Positions 20,739-31,045 of a stretch of 33,789 nucleotides of DNA are shown piece after piece (position 1 is the first letter of the stretch; the number at the start of each line of letters is the position of its first letter). The position numbers and the translations under genes were made by a program. The notes beneath the pieces are model-generated. The model did not search any database. It was not told the DNA's origin and saw nothing but the letters and a program-made list of their open reading frames with translations. The stretch spans positions 1 through 33,789 of the forward strand of contig CDMY01000668.1 of NCBI GenBank assembly GCA_001179505.1, read 5' to 3'. Origin of the DNA: Vitrella brassicaformis CCMP3155 (taxonomy: Eukaryota; Protista; Chromerida).

Positions 20739-23700
20739 ATGGGCGAGGAGGGCACGGAGCTTCGGCCCCTGCTGCCGGAGGAGGCTGGCAGATCGCAGCG
20801 TGAGGAGATCCGGGACCTGCGCGCCACCAAACTCAACAACAAGGACATAGGTACGCACGGCGGATTGGATGACCGTGCCGAGGCCACGTGCAGCCCCTCC
20901 CTCTCTCTCTCTCTCTTGTGTGGAATGGATGGATTCTGTTGCGCTTTGTCAGAAAACTTGGATGAGAACTCTATCGAGCGCTATGACGTGAGCAATGACG
21001 CACCATGGATGGATGGATGGTTGGATGGATGTGGATGGATGTGTGGTTGCGTTGATTCGTGCCCTCAGATTTGTTTTGTGTTCCCCGGCACCGCGGACAA
21101 ACAGTTCGCGAAGACCAAGGACGAGCCGATGGACGCCGAGGAAGCCCACAAAGCATTCACCAAAGCATTCTGCTACAAATACTCGGAGAAGGGCCCGAGC
21201 CCGGTATGGCCAGCCGACACACCACACACACACACACACGGAAACGGAAGCATTTCGCCGCAGAATGATGAGTGGGAGAAGTTCTATGAGAAGCCGGCGG
21301 ACCCGAACGAATGGCAGAGTAACACAACATAACACGCACGGCGCGCATGCGTCCATACTGTGTGTTGTGTGTCTGACAAACGTGCGGCTGTCACAGGCAT
21401 GGGGCTGACCAAGGGCAAGTTCCAGGTTGGTTTGTGATGCCACACGCACCGTGTCCGCACTGGTCTTATGTCCGTCTGTCTGCGTGTGTTGTGTGTGTAG
21501 GAGGAGATCCGCAGGGCTGTGGGTCGGACGTTTCTCAAGCTGGGCATGGAAGTGTACTGCTTCCGCGCAGAGGACGATGAGGAAACCTTCATCAAAGTAC
21601 ACACACCACACACCACGCCACACACGCGGAGAGGGGTCGCGGGTGCACGCGTCCGTGCACATGTGTGTGTGGTGTGTGTATGTGTGTCTGCAGGTGCGTT
21701 TGCCGGACGAGATTGGTAAGTTGGTGGCGGACCTGAACGAGTACCCCCTGCAATTCGACGCTCACGTCACCGAACTGTCCACCACATTCAGGTAAAGGCC
21801 CGCGGCACACCCATCCCGCACACCACCCATTCATCGCCCTTCATTGATCGCCCAGCGCCGACCCGAAGTTGTACGACTACACGCCGCCGTACTATGCGTA
21901 TGACGAGGACGCCGAGGACCCCTCGAGGCAGTGGCCGTCCCTCGACAACAAAACCGACGGAAAGGTCAGCCACGCACACACACACTCGCACACACAATCG
22001 GTCCGGCGCGCATGCAACACGGAGGGCTCATGTGTGTGTGTGTGTGTGTATGTGTGTGTGCAGGTCTGGATGCGTTACGATTTGCTGAGTCACCGCATCA
22101 TGCCCAAGCTCAAGGACAAAACCGCCAACGTGTGGACTGCCAACCCGGCATACGACACGAAAGCAAGAGATGTATCCCTGTTCAGGTCCGTCAAGGCATG
22201 ACCAACCAACACATACACACAACCACATCGAGGCATGAGCTGCCTACGCGTGTTGTGCTGTCGTCATATGTGTTCAGGGCGGTCGACCGCGTCCGTCTGC
22301 TGACCATCGTGTTGCAGCAGTACATCAAAGTGGGCGAACTCATCAACCAGGTCCATGTGTGTATGTAGACACACACACATGGATGCCCTCATTCATGTCT
22401 CCCCTCCATCCCTCCCTCCCTCCCTCACGCACACAGAAGGCGTTGTTTGCCGAGATGTATCTGCACCAGGCGGCCAACCTGCAGCCGCTCGCCGACGAGT
22501 GGTACGCACACACATGGACTGACGCCACACGTAGACCCACACGCTCTTTCTGCACGTGATTCGTGTAACAGGGCAACTTTGAAGAAGTGGTACTCGTTCG
22601 AGCAGCCCATCGACAAGATCCGAGACTACTTCGGTCGGCAGCGCGTGCATGGCCGCACACCCATAGACGCGGGAGCCGATGCATGTTGTGCGCGTGTGGC
22701 GTGTTGTGTGTGTAGGAGAAGAGTTGGCGTTCTACTTCGCGTGGCTGGGGGAGTACACCAAGCTCCTCAGGTGGCCCTCGCTCATCGGTAACAAGGCATT
22801 CCTTCATTGTGCAGGAGAGGACACCACACACACTGCATGTCATCTCATGTGATGTGTGTGGTTATGTGTGTGTCAGGCACGTTTGTGTTTGCGTACACGT
22901 GGTGGGCCGACCCCAACGGACACTTCGCCTCCATCTCGTGAGCCGAGTCGAGTCGCGTACCGTTCCATCCACCACCACTGCACTGCAGCCATGACATGTG
23001 ATCGATGTGCGTACGCCGTTGACCGTGTCATGTCAGGGCGAACATAGCGTGCATCATCTTCTGCTTCTACATGTGCCTCTGGTCCACATCCTTCCTGGAG
23101 ATCTGGAACAGACACGGTCAGTCGATAGTGACACACAGACGCCAACACGAAGAGAGGCCAATCCCTTTGTGTTGGTGTCTGTGTGTCTCGCATGACAACG
23201 GCAGAGTGCAAGTGGCGTTTCGTGTGGGGCATGGACAACTACTCCAAGATCGCCCTCGAGCGGGCAGAGTATGTGGTACGTCCGTCATCCAGCGAGAAGG
23301 GGAAGGCACCGACACACATGCACCGACACACCTGTGGCTCTCCCTCTCTCCCTCTGTGTGCGGGTGTGACACAGTGGACGGAGGAGAAGGAATCGCGGCA
23401 CAACCCGCGCGTGAAGGAAAAACGATATCCGTTCTGGATGAAAACGGTCGGTGGGCCGAGACACAATTGACGTTAGAGACACATGAGGCACGGGTGTGTG
23501 TTTGGTTTTGTGTGATCGATCTATCAGCTGCGGATGTTGTGTTCCAGTTCGGTGACGGTGACGTTCATCATGTCGGTCCTCGTCTGTGTGGTCGGCATAT
23601 TCTCATTCAGATACTACATGAAGCAACACCAAGGCACGCACACACGCAATTGACCCACACCCACACCGACGCACCCACACAGAGGCACACACATGCCCAT

Positions 23701-25520
23701 GCCTTTCCTGACTCCTTTGTTGCTTCAGAGCTGTTCGGCTGGGCGGGCAAGCACGGCGCACAAGTGGCGGCCATCGTAACGAGACACACACACACACCCC
23801 ACATACTCAGCCACGCGCACCTGTATCCGCCTGATCATATGTGTGTGTGTGTGTGGTCATGCAGGTGAACAGTGTGCAGATCAAGATATTCGACCTGATA
23901 TGGTCCAAGGCGGCTCGGAGCCTCACCTACCTGGAGAACCACCGGTTGGTTCAGGAACACGAAGACTCGCTCATCATCAAAATGTTCCTCTTCAAATTCA
24001 TCAACGGTACACAGACACACACGCGTATACACGCACACATAAGTCAGTGATGGATGGATGTGTGTGTGGATGTGTGTGTGGGTGCATCGTGCGCAGTGTT
24101 CAACACGTTCTTCTATCTGGCGTTCTTCAAGGAGGCCGTCGACCCCTGCCAGCCCATATACCTGCACAGGCATCCACACACAAACACAGCAAACACACCC
24201 GGCACGGCACAGCCAGACTCCTCTCTCCCTCTCTCCCTCTCTCCCTCGCTCTCTCTGTGTGTCATGTGATGCCATTGTCCATCAGCTGCATGTACCAGCT
24301 GCGCATTCAGGTGGGCACCATCTTCATCGTCCAGCTCTTTCTCGGATTCATGGAAATCGGCGCACCGTACGCAATCAACCAAGGAGACACCAAAGACTCC
24401 TCTCGAGCCACGTGCATGCCATGCCGTGAGTGTGCTTCATTTGCAGGATGGTCAAGTACTGGTGGAACCTGCGCAAGGAGAAGGGCAAGCTCACATACAC
24501 CGAGAAACAATTCAGACGCGTACGTCACACTATCCCACGCCAACAAGAGACACACACATAGGCCAACGGGTGATGTGTGTGTGGCGACGGCATAGGACCC
24601 TCACCCCGGAACGTTGGAGGAGTTCATGGAGCTAGTGCTGCAGTTTGGGTTCGTCACGCTCTTCCCCGTGGCACTGCCGCTCGTGCCGCTGCTCGCACTC
24701 TTCTCAAACCTTTTCGAGGTCACACACACACAGGGATGGATGGATGGATGGATGGGCGGATTTCGCACACTCATTGTCTGTGTGTGTTGTCTGTGTGTCC
24801 ATATGCAGATCCGCACCGACGCCATGAAGATGGTGTATGCGCTGCAGCGACCATTCCCAATCGGCGCGGACGGAATCGGTACAGACTGACATAGAGAGGG
24901 AGAGGGAGAGACAGAGACAGTGGCGATGTGTCTCCGTCTGCATGTTCTGTAGGTGCGTGGAAGGGCATTTTGCAGTGCGTGACGGTCATGTCAGTGATGG
25001 TCAACGTGGGCCTGGTGTGCTTCTCGATGCAAATATCAAACACACTCGACTGGTTCTGGAAAGTGCTCATCTTCCTCATACTCGAGGTAACCTCCCACAG
25101 ATCTGCCCCTCCACCCCACCCCACCCCCCAGCACACACACACACACCCATCCCTTTGTCTCTCTGTATGCGTGTGTGTCGATCAGCACATCATCTTCGGG
25201 TTCAAGGCGTTGGTCATGTACGTCATCCCGGACGAGCCCGAGAGCGTCACCATCGGCCGGGCCAGGGAGAAGGAGATCATCAAGGAGGCCATCTCCGGCA
25301 AGGAATCGGACAGGGAGCTGGAACACCACAAGATCGAGGTCCGTGGGGGGGTGGATGGATGGATGGATGGGCCGGTCAGTCAGACATCAAACAGAGGGCC
25401 TTGTATGTGGATGTGTGTGACGCGGTTGGTGTGTGTGTGTGGCTGCAGGATATCGATGGGCGCCTGAGGGAGAAAGACAACGATAGTCCTAGATACTGCC
25501 CAGAACCAGGCAGCCCATGA
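20739..25520 (+). CDS. Anoctamin/TMEM16 family protein (Ca2+-activated chloride channel/scramblase family), >25 exons
   Basis: Spliced motifs [154 protein letters not shown]. TGA 25518-25520. Confidence 0.95.
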
Positions 25521-25992
25521 ACGAATGAACCAACATACATACGGGGGCGGTAGTGAGTGCCTTAGATGGATGGGATGGATGGATGGATGTGTGTGTCCAG
25601 TGGAGTGGAGTGCCTGTGTGTTGACGGCTGAATGCAAGTTTGTGTGCGCTGATTGACTGCCTCGCATGTGTGTGTCGATTTTTCCGGACGAGTGGCTGCG
25701 TGGCTGGCTGGCAGGCAGGCTGTGTGTGGGTGGGGGCATCTGGTGGTGGACATTCACAACTGAAGATGAAGCGGATCCATTCAGAGAATCAAAGGCTGCT
25801 GGAGTCAGGCAGGCCATGTTACACACATAAGGAACACACCTAGCTACATCGACCACGTCAGTGTCGGTCGCACCATGCAGCCGATCGAGGGAAAGAGAAT
25901 ATTAAGGACCAACAAACCCTCAGTGAATTGAAACCCCACCAAGCAACACTCCCGGCGCTCGTCGATCTGGCTCATGCGATGGATGCTTCACT

Positions 25993-28750
25993 TCACTTGA
26001 CTTCGGTCATTTGTTTGAGTTGTGCGATGGGCTGAATGGTGATGCTCCACTTGTCCTCCTCGAAGAGACCCAGCTGGATGGGCTTGTTGTCGTACTTGCG
26101 GCCCATCATACCTGGTAGGACACACACACAGCCATCCGTCCCGCCATCAGCGCAGCACTTGTATTGCTGTGTGTGTGCGTGTGTGCTGACTCTCTCACCC
26201 TGGATGGCGGCAAGGACGTGGATGGGCGACTCGTACTCAATGTACACGTCACCCGCGTCAATGTAGTCAGGCAGCGACATCTGCCACACACACAGAGACG
26301 GGCACACACAGGCATCAGTGTGTGAGACGCCTGTGTCGTGTCGGCCTTAACTAACCTTGTCTCTTGGTGTGACGATGAAGGCCGACACGACCTTGCCAAA
26401 CGGCTCGGCGCCCTTCTTCATGTCATCGAGCACGTCGTTCCACTCCTCAGGATCCTGGCACACACCAACACAGGGAGCACAGGGAGAACAGAGCACATGA
26501 CGAGTCAGTCAGTCATGTATTGGGCGCGTTAATTGTGCATCTCTGTCTTACTTCGACATCGTCGGCGTTGATGACCTGTTTGATCTTGAGGATCCGCGAG
26601 TTGGTCTGGGGGGGCGGGGCACCCTTATCACACACACACCCAACACACAGGCATCAGTGTGTGTGAGACTTCTCTGAGGCCAAGAGTGTTTGTGCGCGTC
26701 GGTCGGTCGGTCTTACAGGTGGCGGAGGCGGCTGGTTGGCTTGCACTGCACCACCACCACAGACACGGCACAAGGGTGACCATCTATCTCTTTGTGTGCG
26801 TGTGTGGGTGTCACTTACTTTGCAGCAGGCGAGCAGACTCCTGGCCCATCTGGCCCATCACCCTGCAGCCAGCCACAGAGAGCCAACCAATTGACCAAAG
26901 TGCACGCCTGTGAGTTAGTGTGGATGCCTACTGGCTCTGCTGTACGGTGGCCTGGCTGTAGTCATTGGGCCGCGACACCTTGATGGGGCTGCCCAGGCAG
27001 TTGAACTGATCCAGCGTCATCGCGCGCACCGTCTCCTCCACTGTCGCTGCACACAACGCACACAACACACACAACACACCAACACGTGATTGATATGCAG
27101 CCCGGTGTGTTGAGGATTCTGCCTGGCTGTCTGTCTGTCTGTCTATGAGTGGTCACCATCAGTCCTATCGAACCGTTAGAGAGATTCGTTTCATCCACCG
27201 TGCGTCAAACGAACGAGATATATATCTTCTTTCATCCTGGTGACCCGACCTCGGCCTGCCTGTCTGCCTGCCTGCCTGCCTGCCTCAAGGCCCTTCCTCT
27301 CTGACTCACCGAATTCGATGAAGCCGTAGCTGCCCTTCTCCCGTGCGAACCACACACACAGCACGGGATCTGCACACACCACACGCATCCCGTGGCACAC
27401 AGACAGAGAAGATATAGATCTAAGGTGCGTGCACTTAAGGCAGGCGTCCGTGTGTGTTTATGTACTGGTGTTCGGGTCGTTGCATATGCCGCGCTCCCTC
27501 ATCTCCTTGTACATGATCTCCTGAAGCGCACAGACAACATACACACACACACATGGACGAGAAGCGGCCTTGTTCGTTCTTCTCAATGCTACATGCATGG
27601 GGGGATGGTCACCTGGAACTGTGTCTCCGTCAGACCAAGATGCAAGGGAAGATTGCCTGAGGGCGAAACACGTACCACCACACCGCACCCACCCAGGTCT
27701 GGTTGTTGCCAACTGTCTGTCTGTGTGTGCGTCCATCTGACTTACCGACATAGAGCCGCCTGGCTTTCCTGGTGTTGTTGAGCTGCGTGGCGTTCATTGG
27801 CACGCCCAGCGTCTTGTCGTTGGTGCTCGACACCTGCACACACACGGTTCTCTCGCTGTGTTGTGATTGTTGCCAGACAGACTGACTGACCGTGACCCAT
27901 TGGAATCCGTCCCAGAAGAGCTTGACGGGCGTCCTGCCCTCACTCGACGCCAACTTGTCCACCCCACCAGCTCTCGCTATCGCACTGATAACATGACACG
28001 CACACACACACACACACACGCGCACAGAACTAGGTGATGGGACGGTGACGTGCCGGTGTGTGGATGGTGCACTTACGCTGACTGTGCCTTCCGCCTGCGC
28101 CTCTCGCGCTCACGAGATCTGATGGATGGCCCCAGCGACAAACACAGGCACATGGAGGCGTCCTCATATTATTTTGAGACGGTAGCCATTCTTCGTTTCT
28201 ACCTTTCGCGTGAGGAAGACACGTCACGGTCGTCCCTGAAGGAAACAGAAAGACCGGACCGAATGAATGAATGCATAGCTGCCTGCCTCATGGCACACGC
28301 AGCACGTTGTGCGACTGTGTGACAAAGACTCGACTCGCTTACTCTTTCTTGCCCCTGTCCTTGTCCCTGTCCCTGTCGCGGTCTCTGTAAGAGTCCCGGC
28401 CATATCCTCCATATCCTCCACCTCTTCCCCCCCTCTCGCCGCCGCGACCCCCGTAGACGTAGCCTCTATCCTTGTCGCCATAGTTTCTCTCACCCCGGCT
28501 GTCACGATCACGGTCACGATAACCTTGATGCCCACCGCGCCTGCCGCTGATCATCATAATGACACCCAAACCCGCACACACCCAGATGTGAGTCCGCTCA
28601 GCGGCTGTGGTTCGCATGAAGGGAACACTCATGCAGTGCGTCGTCCGCCTGTGCTGTGGATGTGCGCCACGCTTGCTGCTGCTGCCTTTGTCTCCCTTCC
28701 ATGTGCTGATCTCACCTGTTTCTCGGAGATCGAGATCTGGACCTGCCCAT
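25993..28750 (-). CDS. U2AF65-like splicing factor (RS/RGG region, one RRM, C-terminal UHM-type RRM)
   Basis: ATG 28750 (MGRSRSRSPRN), RD/RS/RGG-rich exons, VKLFWDGFQW, RRM ARRLYVGNLP..GSYGFIEFATVEE..AMTLD..LGSPIKVSRPNDY, then UHM-like SRILKIKQVINADDVEDPEEWNDVLDDMKKGAEPFGKV..GDVYIEY..AAIQGMMGRKYDNKPI. TGA 25995-25993. Confidence 0.85.
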
Positions 28751-28929
28751 TCCCAATACTCTCTGCTGCAAGCTCCCTCTCCACAAGAATGCTCTATTTT
28801 CTGCTCCTTTCCTGACCGAGCTCCAGCAGCACCGGTTTCATGGAACACCCTACCTCCGTGTCTGCGAGCTTGGCTCAGAAGATGCAGCAGTCATTCCCAG
28901 ATCCAGACACAGCGACAAGGCGGCGCAGG

Positions 28930-29782
28930 ATGAGCTGCCCGAAGGTCAGCCTTTTGTCCCTTGTCGTGGCTTTCCTGACGTTTTTCGGCGAGGAAAGCAC
29001 GGCATTTGTTCAGCCTCTGCAACCTGGCGATGCCGCAGAAGGCAGCGACAGGACCCTAGGCGCGTGGAGGAGGCGGCCGACCACAGATCTCCATCTGCCG
29101 GCTGCAAGTCAGGAGGTAAACCACACACATACATCTCTGTCTGGTCTGCTCAGAGATGCGCTGTGTTGTGTGTGTGTGTGTGCCGTACGCAGACGGTCTT
29201 GTGATCGCCGAGCTGGAGGCCGACGAGTGCACACCACTGATGAGTTTCGAAGGCATGGTCGGCCTGCTGTTGAAGTGCCCGCAAAGAAGATATCCGGTAG
29301 GTTAGGGGTGAAGTACAGAGACGTGTGACGTGACGACAACCACATTGCCCACACGTCTGTGGTGTGTTTTGGGGGGTGCATGGAATACAGGTGAGGAGGA
29401 GGCTGTGTCTGGCCTGTCCGGGTTGATTTTCGACCACAATGTCAAAGGCATTTGGAGCCAGTTCGAGCCATTCGAAGGCGTCGTGTCGGCGAAGATCTCT
29501 GCCGACGCACAGGGGCATAAGGAGGCTCTCGAGGCCCTCATGGAGCCGCTCGTCACACCCGAGTAAGACGAACAGACAGAGAGAGAATGCCACCGACGCG
29601 TCTCTGTCTGTCTGTCATTGTGGTCTGTCTCTTCCTGCAGGTACAAGCCTTACAGCGAGTGGACAATGGCACAGAAAGTGCAGCTGGTCCAGGAGTTCTA
29701 TGGCCTCGCTTTGGCTATTGCCCGGGCGGGAAGCGAGCTGGGCATCTTCGACGTTAGTCACGAAACGAATTCTACAATCTGA
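28930..29782 (+). CDS. Hypothetical secreted or plastid-targeted protein
   Basis: MSCPKVSLLSLVVAFLTFFGEESTA|FVQP looks like a signal peptide with Phe at +1. Downstream exons GEEEAVSGLSGLIFDHNVKGIWSQFEPFEG...TPE and YKPYSEW...HETNSTI* splice in frame. The exon 1-2 junction could not be resolved cleanly. Confidence 0.55.
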
Positions 29783-29830
29783 TAGACGAGATCTTCCCCA
29801 CCTCCTTGGCGAGTGCCTGAGCGATGCTGC

Positions 29831-29867
29831 GCTGCGATCAAGTGACGGCGCTGCGATCAAGTGACGG
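29831..29867. repeat. 19-bp tandem duplication
   Basis: gctgcgatcaagtgacgg(c) x2 just after the stop of the upstream gene. Confidence 0.9.
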
Positions 29868-30766
29868 TTGACTGCTCTGGTGATGGCCTGTGAGTGGAAG
29901 GAATGGATATGCACGTGTGTGTGGACTGGCTGCATGGACTGGTTGGTGCATGTGTGTGCGTGCGGATACTGACTGCATGCGTAACCTTTATCTGCCTCAA
30001 GGGCGGAAGCACGCAGTCGTTGGTTTTGCGTCGGCTTTTCCTGCGTACACCAGCTGCCAGCTGCCAGCTGGGTTTTATTTCACGCCGGCTGGATGTCGGG
30101 TGTGGCATTGGGGGGGAGGCTCTGGCTCGGGCGCGGCGCTGTGAGAACTGGACTTGACGTCTGTCGTGTGTCTGTGTGGGTCCGTATGGGCCAGCTTGCT
30201 GCTGACCTGCAGACCAAGCACTCCATCCCATCTATCCCCACGCTTTATACAGTACGTGTACCCGTTGCTTGGCGTGTTGGCCCCAGTCTTTCCAGTTGTG
30301 TGGCGGCATTTTCGGTGGGTTGCCTTGCCAGTCAGTCAGTCTCTATAAGCATGTCACAGCGTGTGCATGACTGGGTGGTTTCTCTGACTTTGCGAGGCTG
30401 CTCAGCCGCTGCTGTGCACTGTGCGTGGCGTGCACATTTTGAGTTTTTGAGCGCACCGAAGCCGGCTGGCTGCTTGGCCGGCATATCGTGTGTTGACATG
30501 ACATCTAGCGCGAGTGGATACCCGTGGTTTTTCTCTCTGCGTGTGTGTGGGTGAGAACGTTCACGGGACTCCTACCTACAACAGCGTCGTTGAGATGAAT
30601 TCACACACTTAGAGGGCTGATGGCACAGGTACAACTGCATACGCTCCCCATGTACACCGCCCCGACGGGGACTCAATGAGTCGTTCACACATTAGCTGGT
30701 CACGACAGATTTGTGCACAGCACATCCAAGCCCCCCACCTATCGACTGCCCTCTCATTCCTGGGCT

Positions 30767-30790
30767 GTCGGTCGGTCGGTCGGTCGGTCG
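30767..30790. repeat. (GTCG)6 microsatellite
   Basis: gtcggtcggtcggtcggtcggtcg in intergenic DNA. Confidence 0.9.
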
Positions 30791-31045
30791 GTTGGGACGG
30801 CTGGTCGTCTCTGTTTCGTTGTCGCGACCACACAGGCAGGCCCAGGGGCCAATCCTCTCATAAAGGGACCTCGATCGCCTTGGGAGCCGCGCTGTCGCCC
30901 TCGTCGAGTCTCGAGTAGGAATTGCCGCACGTCACAGAAGCCGTGCGTCGCCAACTCGTCAGAAATTAATCCTGACACACACGCACACACACACACGCGC
31001 ACATCAGTGCTGCTGTGAGGGCATCCATCATAGACCTTGTCGTGC

